64,000 nucleotides of DNA from Escherichia virus TH41. Location of the stretch: sequence record MT446412.1; one strand, written 5' to 3'. Below are positions 19,435-27,861 of this stretch, one piece after another. The notes below the pieces were generated by a model, which did not search any database, had not been told where the DNA came from, and worked only from the letters and a program-made list of their open reading frames with translations. A program made the position numbers and the translations under genes. Within the stretch, counting starts at the first letter, position 1. Each line of letters starts with the position of its first letter.

Positions 19435-19574
19435 AGATAATTACAATTATTGTATTGATTGCATTTTTTAGTATGTCAATCTATTGGGCAATAATGACTC
19501 CACATATGATTCCAACTTTAATTTTGGGTTGGGTATTTTTGGGGCTCCAAGCCCGCTATGAATGTTTTAATTAG
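19431..19574 (+). CDS. Hypothetical small membrane protein (47 aa)
   Basis: ATGA overlap with imm; hydrophobic; under 60 aa. Confidence 0.35.
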   Translation: MKIITIIVLIAFFSMSIYWAIMTPHMIPTLILGWVFLGLQARYECFN

Positions 19575-19582
19575 GAAGCAAA

Positions 19583-20086
19583 ATGAAAAAGTTAGCTATC
19601 GCAGCTGTTATGCTGCTATCTGGTTGTGCTTACCAGGGTGATGTTGTTAATGCCAACGAGATTGGTAAAGCGCGAATTGCTGCAGACCGTCAGGTGCATA
19701 ATGGTTCCTTTGATTTCAAAGGTGGTACTGGACTTATCTACAAACGCGACAACAATCAATGTGGAAACAACTGCGCGAAATATGCTCAACAAGAAATTGA
19801 GTACAAACGCGAGCAAGCTGCGAAGCATGACGAAATCATTGCCAAGCTGGAAGCAGAAACCAAGCGACAAAATGACCTGGACACTGTTAACCAGATTTCA
19901 CAGGTCTGCATGTCATACATCAATATGCAGATAAACATCATGCGCGCAGAAGCTTATCAGGCAGCGGAGATGGGTTCTCCAAAAGCTAATGAGTACCGCG
20001 ATATGTATCAGCGTTCTGCTCAAAACCGTCTGAGCTATATTAATAAATGTGTAGCTAAAGAGAAAGCACGCCAAGGTATTAACTGA
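19583..20086 (+). CDS. Putative lipoprotein (167 aa)
   Basis: Signal peptide MKKLAIAAVMLLSGC with lipobox LSGC; occupies slot where T4 has gene 42 and beta-gt. Confidence 0.6.
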   Translation: MKKLAIAAVMLLSGCAYQGDVVNANEIGKARIAADRQVHNGSFDFKGGTGLIYKRDNNQCGNNCAKYAQQEIEYKREQAAKHDEIIAKLEAETKRQNDLDTVNQISQVCMSYINMQINIMRAEAYQAAEMGSPKANEYRDMYQRSAQNRLSYINKCVAKEKARQGIN

Positions 20087-20197
20087 TGTTATTATTACTT
20101 CTGATTGTTGTAACAGTAATTGGTTTGCTGCTATTAGAAAAGCGTAATAAGCATTTGGCTGAAGAAAACTGGAAATGTGGTAACGTTTACTGAGTTA

Positions 20198-20224
20198 ATT
20201 GCTCTAAAAATACAGTGATATAAT
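20198..20224 (+). promoter_or_regulatory. Candidate MotA-dependent middle promoter upstream of uvsX (TTGCTC box, 14-nt gap, TATAAT)
   Basis: TGCTC 20200-20204, TATAAT 20219-20224; same gap as gene 39 and gene 55 candidates. Confidence 0.4.
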
Positions 20225-20277
20225 TATCCTATCTTAAACCTGTGAGAAAAATATAATGGTGCCTATGGAAAAAATGA

Positions 20278-21456
20278 ATGTCTATTGCAGATTTGAAATC
20301 CCGTTTGATTAAAGCTTCTACATCCAAAATGACTGCGACTCTTACCAAGTCCAAGTTCTTTAATGATAAAGATGTAGTTCGTACAAAAATCCCGATGCTG
20401 AACATTGCAATCAGCGGTGCACTAGATGGTGGTATGCAGTCAGGTTTGACTATTTTTGCTGGTCCGTCAAAACACTTTAAATCCAATATGGGTTTAACGA
20501 TGGTCTCTGCATATATGAACAAATACCCCGATGCAATCTGTTTGTTCTATGATTCAGAATTTGGTATCACAGAAGCATATCTTCGTGCAATGAAAGTTGA
20601 CCCGGAACGTGTTATCCATACACCAATCCAGTCGGTTGAACAATTGAAAGTTGATATGGTTAACCAGCTTGAAGCAATTGAGCGTGGTGAAAAAGTCATT
20701 ATCTTTATTGACTCAATCGGTAACATGGCGTCGAAAAAAGAAACAGAAGATGCGATGAACGAAAAAGTTGTTGGCGATATGACTCGTGCTAAATCCCTGA
20801 AATCTCTGTTCCGTATTGTTACCCCATATTTTAGTATCAAGGATATTCCTTGTGTCGCGGTTAACCATACAATTGAGACGATTGAGATGTACAGCAAAAC
20901 CGTTATGACCGGTGGCACAGGTGTTATGTATTCCGCAGACACCGTATTCATTATCGGCAAACGCCAGATTAAAGAAACTGGTAAAGAACTTGAAGGCTTC
21001 CAATTTGTTCTGAACGCCGAAAAATCTCGTATGGTCAAAGAGAAAAGTAAATTCTTCATTGATGTAAAATTCGATGGGGGTATTGACCCGTATTCTGGCC
21101 TGCTTGATATGGCAATGGAAATCGGATTTGTGGTGAAACCAAAAGTTGGTTGGTATAACCGTGAATATCTTGATGTTGAGACCGGCGAAATGGTCCGCGA
21201 AGAAAAATCATGGCGCGCAAAAGATACTAACTGCACCGAATTCTGGGGTCCGCTGTTCAAGCACGAACCTTTCCGTGATGCAATTAAACGCCATTACCAA
21301 CTGGGTGCAATCGATAGCAATGCTGTTGTTGATGCTGAAGTTGATGCGCTTATTGCCTCCAAGGTTGAAAAATACTCTGCTCCTGAAGGTAAGACAAAAC
21401 CGTCCGCTGCAGATATCGAAAACGATTTAGATATGATGGAAGACCTTGATGAATGA
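20278..21456 (+). CDS. uvsX: Recombinase UvsX (RecA-like)
   Basis: 392 aa; DLKSRLIKASTSK N-terminus, Walker A GPSKHFKS; very close to remembered T4 UvsX. Confidence 0.95.
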   Translation: MSIADLKSRLIKASTSKMTATLTKSKFFNDKDVVRTKIPMLNIAISGALDGGMQSGLTIFAGPSKHFKSNMGLTMVSAYMNKYPDAICLFYDSEFGITEAYLRAMKVDPERVIHTPIQSVEQLKVDMVNQLEAIERGEKVIIFIDSIGNMASKKETEDAMNEKVVGDMTRAKSLKSLFRIVTPYFSIKDIPCVAVNHTIETIEMYSKTVMTGGTGVMYSADTVFIIGKRQIKETGKELEGFQFVLNAEKSRMVKEKSKFFIDVKFDGGIDPYSGLLDMAMEIGFVVKPKVGWYNREYLDVETGEMVREEKSWRAKDTNCTEFWGPLFKHEPFRDAIKRHYQLGAIDSNAVVDAEVDALIASKVEKYSAPEGKTKPSAADIENDLDMMEDLDE

Positions 21457-21790
21457 TATCGATTTATCTGATTTAGATAATTTCGAGAAAGATGCGGAGG
21501 GAGCTAAGGCTCCTTCTGTACCTTACTACGAAAAAAGTTTGGAGATTATCCGGCAATCCATGGGAACCGTACGACAGGAAATTCTGTTATCACTCCCTGA
21601 TGGGTCCAGTCACATTGTGTACGTAACCGGAATTAAAATTGAACCATCTGGAAAAGTTTCAGTTGATTTCGGCACCCCTTCTGAAGACCGCAAAGCGGAG
21701 CTTGCAGTGCATGTAGAAAAGTGTGTTACAATGCAAATACAAGATGAAATTGATAAGATTAAAATGAAAAAGAGGTGGTGGAAGTGGTAG
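21449..21790 (+). CDS. Hypothetical protein (113 aa), syntenic with T4 gene 40
   Basis: Between uvsX and gene 41; basic/hydrophobic C-terminus KKRWWKW; no sequence-level recognition. Confidence 0.4.
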   Translation: MNDIDLSDLDNFEKDAEGAKAPSVPYYEKSLEIIRQSMGTVRQEILLSLPDGSSHIVYVTGIKIEPSGKVSVDFGTPSEDRKAELAVHVEKCVTMQIQDEIDKIKMKKRWWKW

Positions 21791-23214
21791 AAACTATTTT
21801 ATCCCAGCTACTCTTTAACAAGGAATATTTTGTTAAAGTCTGGCCATATCTGAATAACACATATTTTGAAAAGGGTCCAGCAAAGACCCTTTTTAATACG
21901 ATTAACGAACACGTAAAAGAATATCAAGCGGTACCAACTAAGACTGCACTTGATATCGCGCTCGACAGTTCTGACCTTTCTGAAGTCGAATATGAAGGCA
22001 CAAAGAAACTCTTAGGAGTCCTGGCCGATACTCCAGAAGACCAGGAATGGTTGGTTAAAGAAACCGAGAAGTATGTACAGAAGTCTGCGATGTTCAATGC
22101 CACATCCAGGATTATCGAAATCCAGAGCAATGCCGAACTTCCGAAAGATAAACGTGATAAACGAATCCCGGATATTGGTGCTATCCCTGACATCATGCGC
22201 GATGCATTGTCTATCTGTTTTGACTCTGCTCTGGGCCATGACTGGTTAAACGATTACGAAGCTCGATTCCAGACTTATCTGAACAAATCGAAGAAGGTTC
22301 CGTTCCGTATTAACATCCTGAATAAAATCACGAAGGGCGGGGTTGAGTACGGTACAGAGAACGTTTTACTGGCCGGGACGAACGTCGGCAAATCCCTTGG
22401 ACTTTGTTCGCTGGCGGCTGACTATCTTCAGACTGGTCATAATGTGCTTTATATAAGCATGGAAATGGCTGAAGAAGTATGTGCCAAACGTATTGATGCC
22501 AACTTGCTGGATGTGTCTCTGGATGATATTGATGAAGGTCATGTGTCATGGGCGGAATACAAAAGTAAGATGGAAAAATGGCGTGCAGCCGGGACCCTTG
22601 GGACTCTGAAGATAAAACAATATCCAACTGGCGGTGCTCATGCGGATACCTTCCGTGCATTGCTGAATGAATACAAACTGAAGCAAGGGTTTGTGCCGGA
22701 TGTGATTATTGTTGACTACCTGGCAATCTGTGCAAGCTCAAGACTGAAAACGTTTACCGAAAACAGTTACGGCCTGATTAAGATGGTTGCAGAAGAACTT
22801 CGTGGTCTGGCGGTCGAGAAAAATGTGGTCCTGTGGACTGCAGCGCAGACAACCAGGGGTGCGAACGTTGCAGCTGAGATTGATATGGCTGACATCGCTG
22901 AATCTTTTGGTATTGCTCACACGGCCGACTTTATGTTGGGTGTTGTTGAGACCGAAGAATTCGCTCAAATGGGACTACAGTTAATCAAACAGCTTAAGTC
23001 TCGTTACGGCGATAAGAACTACTATAATAAATTCAAGATGGGTGTTAAGAAAGGTAATCAGCGCTGGTACGAGGTTGATGATGATTCAGCTCCTAAACAA
23101 GGCCCTACGGTTAAAGAAGCCACTGGTGAGATGAATCGCCAGGCTGAAATGAATAGACAAACCAGGGTCAACAGGAGCGACCTGGACGACCTTGCTGCTC
23201 AAATGAAATTCTAA
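21784..23214 (+). CDS. 41: Replicative DNA helicase gp41 (DnaB-like)
   Basis: GTG start giving MVETILSQLLF (T4: MVEIILSHLIF); Walker A GTNVGKSLG; near-identical blocks to T4 gp41. Confidence 0.93.
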   Translation: MVETILSQLLFNKEYFVKVWPYLNNTYFEKGPAKTLFNTINEHVKEYQAVPTKTALDIALDSSDLSEVEYEGTKKLLGVLADTPEDQEWLVKETEKYVQKSAMFNATSRIIEIQSNAELPKDKRDKRIPDIGAIPDIMRDALSICFDSALGHDWLNDYEARFQTYLNKSKKVPFRINILNKITKGGVEYGTENVLLAGTNVGKSLGLCSLAADYLQTGHNVLYISMEMAEEVCAKRIDANLLDVSLDDIDEGHVSWAEYKSKMEKWRAAGTLGTLKIKQYPTGGAHADTFRALLNEYKLKQGFVPDVIIVDYLAICASSRLKTFTENSYGLIKMVAEELRGLAVEKNVVLWTAAQTTRGANVAAEIDMADIAESFGIAHTADFMLGVVETEEFAQMGLQLIKQLKSRYGDKNYYNKFKMGVKKGNQRWYEVDDDSAPKQGPTVKEATGEMNRQAEMNRQTRVNRSDLDDLAAQMKF

Positions 23215-23233
23215 AGACCTTCGGGTCTTTTTC
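23213..23233 (+). terminator. Rho-independent terminator (AAGACC-TTCG-GGTCTT + T-run)
   Basis: UUCG hairpin followed by TTTTTC directly after gp41 stop. Confidence 0.7.
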
Positions 23234-23241
23234 ATTTAGAG

Positions 23242-23274
23242 GTTTACAACACCATAAAAAGGGTGTACTATTAT
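23242..23274 (+). promoter_or_regulatory. Degenerate early promoter (GTTTAC ... TATTAT) with conserved leader
   Basis: Spacer about 21 nt (long); followed by TATCCCATCAACTACTGATGAGGATAATAAA-ATG 23303. Confidence 0.35.
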
Positions 23275-23302
23275 CCCATCAACTACTGATGAGGATAATA
23301 AA

Positions 23303-23551
23303 ATGTTATTAGTTAATGTGCAGTACCAGTTCAAATCTGAAGAAGCTCTCCAAAAGTATGCTGATATTTGTGAGCATAATAAAAGAACAGCTGCCATTGT
23401 TGGTCTGAAGCCTTTTAAAATTTTGGATTGCTCCTTGAACAGAGCAAGACGCTGGTGTAGTGTTGCCTGTCATGCTTCAGTTGAAGGGAATGATTATTTT
23501 TTCATTACTTTCAATGCACAAGATTTTCATTTAATTAATGAATTAAAATAG
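23303..23551 (+). CDS. Hypothetical protein (82 aa)
   Basis: ATG after conserved leader with GAGGA. Confidence 0.55.
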   Translation: MLLVNVQYQFKSEEALQKYADICEHNKRTAAIVGLKPFKILDCSLNRARRWCSVACHASVEGNDYFFITFNAQDFHLINELK

Positions 23552-23580
23552 TGTACAAGCCCCTTGTCTTAGGACATAAT
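23551..23580 (+). promoter_or_regulatory. Early promoter GTGTAC-N18-CATAAT (PeSL-like)
   Basis: Followed by conserved GATTCCATACTGAGTTACAC block; ATG 23630. Confidence 0.6.
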
Positions 23581-23629
23581 GATTCCATACTGAGTTACAC
23601 AATAAACCAACTGTTAAAAGGAAAACCAT

Positions 23630-23932
23630 ATGTTTAATCAAACCGATATGAACCGTTACTATTTTGGTCAGTTCGCTCGCCGTGATGAAAACTGTGCTGC
23701 TCTTATCGCATCAGGCATTCAAACTGGTAAATTAATAAAGCTCAAAAGCGATGTTCAACCTTCATCTGTTCGCAGCTCTCTTCGTGAGTATCTGCTTGCA
23801 GGCGGGGCAGTATATGTTATCGCTGAACCTTTTGTTAACGTGTGCGACGATTACACAATTAGTGTGACTGTTATGCACCCAACTACTGGGAAAATTCGTT
23901 GTCTGACTATGCACAACTATGAGTTGGCGTAA
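23630..23932 (+). CDS. Hypothetical protein (100 aa)
   Basis: ORF track. Confidence 0.55.
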   Translation: MFNQTDMNRYYFGQFARRDENCAALIASGIQTGKLIKLKSDVQPSSVRSSLREYLLAGGAVYVIAEPFVNVCDDYTISVTVMHPTTGKIRCLTMHNYELA

Positions 23933-23937
23933 GTGAA

Positions 23938-23961
23938 TAAAGGGGCTTACAGCCCCTTTTT
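23938..23961 (+). terminator. Rho-independent terminator (GGGGC-TTACA-GCCCC + T5) overlapping the next -35
   Basis: Stem plus TTTTT; loop CTTACA doubles as -35 of promoter 23946-23974. Confidence 0.65.
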
Positions 23962-23974
23962 CTTATGTTATAAT
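23946..23974 (+). promoter_or_regulatory. Early promoter CTTACA-N17-TATAAT
   Basis: TATAAT 23969-23974; leader CTATCAACTACTGGAGAATAAA then ATG 24001. Confidence 0.55.
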
Positions 23975-24000
23975 GACTCTATCAACTACTGGAGAATAAA

Positions 24001-24318
24001 ATGAAAACCATTGATTGCAAGGCAGAATACAAAGTTTATTATCATGGGTCAAGTTCTAATGCTGGAATCCAAAATATGCTTTGTCCTCCTGATGCAACTG
24101 GTGTTCTGTCAGAAGTTGGGCGTAAGAAAAATTTAGGGCGTGTGTTTTTTACTGAAGATATTGGTTTGGCGCGTATCTATGCAGGAAGAGCAGCTCGCTC
24201 ATATGGAGGAGAACCCCGTCTTTATCGTGTGATTGCACCTGTTGACGTGGTTTGTTTAAATGATACTAAAGGCGCAACAGTTTATCACGCTGACTGGGCC
24301 TTCTGTGAGGAAATCTAA
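24001..24318 (+). CDS. Hypothetical protein (105 aa); possible minimal ADP-ribosyltransferase-like fold
   Basis: Motif order YHGS ... FFTED ... LYRVIAP recalls small H-Y-E class ARTs; unverified. Confidence 0.55.
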   Translation: MKTIDCKAEYKVYYHGSSSNAGIQNMLCPPDATGVLSEVGRKKNLGRVFFTEDIGLARIYAGRAARSYGGEPRLYRVIAPVDVVCLNDTKGATVYHADWAFCEEI

Positions 24319-24522
24319 ATGTATAAATTAGAGAACGTAGTATTTATTGGTTGGTTTGAAAATGGTAATATGTTTACCAAAGAAACCGCGCTGGATGTCA
24401 GTGACAAAAATATGATTGAATGGGTTACAGTGCAGTATGCGGAAGTGAATAATGCGCTGGTTAAAGCCTTTGTTAATGACAATAAAGTTTTTGAATATGA
24501 TGCCCGCATTGAGGAAATCTAA
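24319..24522 (+). CDS. Hypothetical protein (67 aa), paralog of next ORF
   Basis: Shares segment WVTVQYAEVNNALVKAFVND with 24523..24864 (WYVQKTADNYNALVEAFVDG). Confidence 0.5.
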   Translation: MYKLENVVFIGWFENGNMFTKETALDVSDKNMIEWVTVQYAEVNNALVKAFVNDNKVFEYDARIEEI

Positions 24523-24864
24523 ATGACTTTTAATCCAGAAGACCGCGTAAAAGTAACAATCAAAGTGAGTGCCGTTGGCGTTCCATCTTTTGAGCGCTCA
24601 AGTATGTTCCATCCCGCAGGTATTCACTGGTATGTTCAGAAGACTGCTGATAACTATAATGCGCTTGTTGAAGCTTTTGTTGATGGCGAGCTAATCCATA
24701 AAGTAGACATGCGTAAGGGCACTGCATTGCGTAATCTTATCTTGACCGTTGAAGCTCAACTGGTAAATGAAGAAATCTGCCTTACTGATATTGAAGCAGC
24801 TCTTCATATTGCACGTGCTGAATATTACAAATTGACTGGTTTTTCAGTTGAAGGTGAAAAATAA
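24523..24864 (+). CDS. Hypothetical protein (113 aa), paralog of previous ORF
   Basis: ORF track; shared N-terminal block with 24319..24522. Confidence 0.5.
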   Translation: MTFNPEDRVKVTIKVSAVGVPSFERSSMFHPAGIHWYVQKTADNYNALVEAFVDGELIHKVDMRKGTALRNLILTVEAQLVNEEICLTDIEAALHIARAEYYKLTGFSVEGEK

Positions 24865-24894
24865 GTGTACATCAAAGGGGTAATGCAGTATATT
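24865..24894 (+). promoter_or_regulatory. Early promoter GTGTAC-N18-TATATT
   Basis: Leader ATCCCTATCAACTACTGAGGAGATTGAA then ATG 24923. Confidence 0.55.
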
Positions 24895-24922
24895 ATCCCT
24901 ATCAACTACTGAGGAGATTGAA

Positions 24923-25216
24923 ATGAAAAAGTTATTAATCGCAGCAATTCTTACCGTAGCATCATGTGGTACAGCCCCAGTTACTGCTGGGCTTGATAAA
25001 GACCTTTGTGAGTGGTCCATGACTGCGGACCAGACTGATGTTGAACACCAGATTTATGCTGACATCATGAACATTACTAAACGTGACCACCCAGATATGG
25101 TTAAAGAAGTATCTGACCAACTGGCTTCTGGTGACGTTATGCAGTATAACTATGTTCTGTATTGCGATGCTTCATTTGACAACAGCAAGATTGTTCAATG
25201 GGTTACAGGTGAATAA
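24923..25216 (+). CDS. Putative lipoprotein (97 aa)
   Basis: Signal peptide MKKLLIAAILTVASC with lipobox VASC. Confidence 0.55.
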   Translation: MKKLLIAAILTVASCGTAPVTAGLDKDLCEWSMTADQTDVEHQIYADIMNITKRDHPDMVKEVSDQLASGDVMQYNYVLYCDASFDNSKIVQWVTGE

Positions 25217-25217
25217 A

Positions 25218-25658
25218 ATGATTAACAGAAATTTAGTTATCAAAAAACTTCGTTGTAAAAATCAAAATGCACAAGCATACAGGATGTTTTGGAGCGACGA
25301 ACCCATTCAATACCTGGGTTATTTTCTTGTTGATAGTGATAATAGAATTACGTTTGCTCATAAACTTCTTAACAAAGAATTAAACCATTGGCAAGAACTT
25401 ATTGCGGTCAAGTCTAAATTATTTTCGCGCAATACAATGCACCAATTGGTTTATTTTTTCGCTGACGGTATTCCTGACAAGGTTGAGTTTGATGGGTTTG
25501 AATTTAAAGACATCACCCCTGATAATGAATTGAATGACAGTATTGTTAATATGGGTATCCCGGGTAAGTACATCAAAAACAGTCTTTTGAAACTTCTGGA
25601 AACCCCTGTATATTCAGTTGACGACCAGATTTTTAATGCCTTCATGAAGCGAGATTAG
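25218..25658 (+). CDS. Hypothetical protein (146 aa)
   Basis: ATG preceded by GGTGA; C-terminus DDQIFNAFMKRD shared with next ORF. Confidence 0.5.
   Translation: MINRNLVIKKLRCKNQNAQAYRMFWSDEPIQYLGYFLVDSDNRITFAHKLLNKELNHWQELIAVKSKLFSRNTMHQLVYFFADGIPDKVEFDGFEFKDITPDNELNDSIVNMGIPGKYIKNSLLKLLETPVYSVDDQIFNAFMKRD
25618..25653 (+). repeat. 36-bp direct repeat, copy 1 (TTGACGACCAGATTTTTAATGCCTTCATGAAGCGAG)
   Basis: 35/36 identical to 25979-26014; 3' end of gene 25218..25658. Confidence 0.85.
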
Positions 25659-25659
25659 T

Positions 25660-26019
25660 ATGAGTTATTATAATTTTCTGAATTTTGAACTGGCGAGCAA
25701 TAATGATGGTAATGCTCATTATGAATTTCGTGAGCCACGGTTTAATCAAGCGATTGGTTATATTATCGTCAAAGATGATGTTATCATAAAGGCTCGCTCA
25801 TTTATGGTAATGAATGGACCTTATGAAGATACTCGCGGCTATCCATTTGATAAAAAGAATGTGCGCGATTGTGCAGCATGGATAACCGGAAACCCCGAAA
25901 TTGGGGTCATGATATCTACTGAAGCGAATGACATTCTGGAAGGGGTTTGGGCCAAAGCTCAAGAATCGTCTATTGCTATTGACGACCAGATTTTTAATGC
26001 CTTCATGAAACGAGGTTAA
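25660..26019 (+). CDS. Hypothetical protein (119 aa) flanked by 36-bp direct repeats
   Basis: ORF track; C-terminus DDQIFNAFMKRG. Confidence 0.5.
   Translation: MSYYNFLNFELASNNDGNAHYEFREPRFNQAIGYIIVKDDVIIKARSFMVMNGPYEDTRGYPFDKKNVRDCAAWITGNPEIGVMISTEANDILEGVWAKAQESSIAIDDQIFNAFMKRG
25979..26014 (+). repeat. 36-bp direct repeat, copy 2
   Basis: 35/36 identical to 25618-25653. Confidence 0.85.
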
Positions 26020-26020
26020 T

Positions 26021-26242
26021 ATGTTTGTTTTAACTCAATTTTCTAAAGCAACATATAGCTACTCTTGTCAATGGGAAGTCTTCATTGATACACCGTCTCC
26101 CAAGTATGGAGTTTTCGGACGAGTAACTACACAAGCTTATGTTGCGCGACCAACCAAACGTCAGATTCGTAAGCTTAAAAAGGCGCATCGCCAACTGATT
26201 AAAAGAAGGGAACAATATGAGTGCAATGTGTACGGGCTCTAA
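26021..26242 (+). CDS. Hypothetical basic protein (73 aa)
   Basis: ORF track. Confidence 0.45.
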   Translation: MFVLTQFSKATYSYSCQWEVFIDTPSPKYGVFGRVTTQAYVARPTKRQIRKLKKAHRQLIKRREQYECNVYGL

Positions 26243-26408
26243 GATTTCCGTATTCGAGATTTTTGAAGAATATGAAATCGTGTCGCAAGACCAAGAAGCA
26301 ATCCATGTTATCGCTGATGATGGTGTTACCTGGATTATTCCGTTGTATCATGAAGACACTTATGAAGTGACTGATGCAAATGGTGATAAAGCTGTCTTCG
26401 TTGTATAA
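26217..26408 (+). CDS. Hypothetical protein (63 aa)
   Basis: ORF track. Confidence 0.45.
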   Translation: MSAMCTGSKISVFEIFEEYEIVSQDQEAIHVIADDGVTWIIPLYHEDTYEVTDANGDKAVFVV

Positions 26409-26427
26409 ATAGCGGAAAGGGGGTGTT

Positions 26428-26595
26428 ATGAAAACATTCAAAGATTTTATCAACGAAAATATGGTTGCCGGTGATGCAGGTGGAAATCCAACTAATATCG
26501 CAACAGGTACCACTTCCGGGGCAGTTGTCAATAAAGGCCCTGAACAAATCCCATCAAAAAAGCGTAAGAACAAAGACGATAAACCTACAGTATAA
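26428..26595 (+). CDS. Hypothetical protein (55 aa)
   Basis: ATG preceded by GGAAAGGGGG; under track cutoff. Confidence 0.4.
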   Translation: MKTFKDFINENMVAGDAGGNPTNIATGTTSGAVVNKGPEQIPSKKRKNKDDKPTV

Positions 26596-26627
26596 TGGTC
26601 CTCCGGGGCCATTGAAATGAGGAAACT

Positions 26628-27656
26628 ATGTCATATATTGATAAAGAATTTGCGGTTAGAGCTTTATCGTATCAACCACGTTATAGAGAAGTCACCGGGA
26701 GCACATTTAAAGCAAACTGTCGTTGCAAGGTTTGTGGGGACTCCCAGAAAGATTCACACAAGGCTCGATTCTGGGCGTATACTAATCCGGCTGATGGCGC
26801 GGTTTACGTGAAATGTTTTAACTGTGACTACTCCACGCATATAAGCAAATACATAAAAGAGTTTGAGCCGGATTTACACTGGGAATATATGGTTGAGAAG
26901 TATAAGGAGAATGCCTTTGGCAGACAACGTAATGAAGTTGCCGAAACTCCGAAAGAACCAGAAAAAACTCCGGTTATCGAAGAGCTTGCTTTTTGTGAAA
27001 GACTCGATACTTTACCAGAAGCGCATCCTATAATTAAGTATGTAAAAAGTCGGTGTATTCCTAGCAATGTTTGGAACCGGTTATGGTTTACAAACAAATG
27101 GCCTGCATTAGTTAACTCCGTTAATCCTGGGACGTATAAGAATGAAACGAATGAACCACGCTTGGTTATTCCTATCTTCAACGGCAAAAAAGAAATCGAA
27201 TCTTTCCAAGGACGAGCTCTTCGCAAAGATGCACCACAAAAATATATCACAATCAAAGCTCACCCAGAAGCTTCCAAAGTCTATGGTGTAGACAAGATTG
27301 ATGAGCGCAAGCGCGTGTGGGTAATGGAAGGTCCGATTGATAGTTTGTTTATCCCTAACAGCATTGCGATAACTGGTGGAACATTGTCATTGGAAGCCGT
27401 TCCTTATCCAGAAACCAGAGTATGGGTAATGGACAACGAACCAAGACATCCGGATACGATTAAACGTATGAAGAAGCTCGTTGAAGCTGGCGAAGCTGTT
27501 ATGTTCTGGGACAATGCACCATGGCATACGAAAGACATAAATGAGATGGTTAAATCAGAAGGAGCAACCCCTGAACAAATCGAATCATATATGGCTGATA
27601 ACGTTGCCCAAGGATTGATGGCGAGAATGCGACTTTCGAAGTACGCAAAAGTTTAG
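26628..27656 (+). CDS. 61: DNA primase gp61
   Basis: 342 aa (same as T4 gp61); N-terminal zinc ribbon CRCKVCGD...CFNCDY. Confidence 0.9.
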   Translation: MSYIDKEFAVRALSYQPRYREVTGSTFKANCRCKVCGDSQKDSHKARFWAYTNPADGAVYVKCFNCDYSTHISKYIKEFEPDLHWEYMVEKYKENAFGRQRNEVAETPKEPEKTPVIEELAFCERLDTLPEAHPIIKYVKSRCIPSNVWNRLWFTNKWPALVNSVNPGTYKNETNEPRLVIPIFNGKKEIESFQGRALRKDAPQKYITIKAHPEASKVYGVDKIDERKRVWVMEGPIDSLFIPNSIAITGGTLSLEAVPYPETRVWVMDNEPRHPDTIKRMKKLVEAGEAVMFWDNAPWHTKDINEMVKSEGATPEQIESYMADNVAQGLMARMRLSKYAKV

Positions 27657-27853
27657 GAAGGGATTCCGGTAAAGTAACCAATAATAGAATGGATATGTTC
27701 CATTGTGACCTGAGGTAAGTGCACCCCTTGTGTTGCGGCGATGGGTACAACCAGTAAGTTCCACAGGAAAACATCAAGAGCTAAAAAGCCCATGATGAGC
27801 TTCTTGTCTTTCTTACTGGTTAATTTCCAAATCTGATAGAATAATGTTCCCAT
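27653..27853 (-). CDS. Small membrane protein (66 aa), paralog of 27862..28059
   Basis: Opposite strand to all neighbours; single hydrophobic helix; GGTGG SD. Confidence 0.5.
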   Translation of the reverse strand: MGTLFYQIWKLTSKKDKKLIMGFLALDVFLWNLLVVPIAATQGVHLPQVTMEHIHSIIGYFTGIPS

Positions 27854-27861
27854 AGTTCCAC

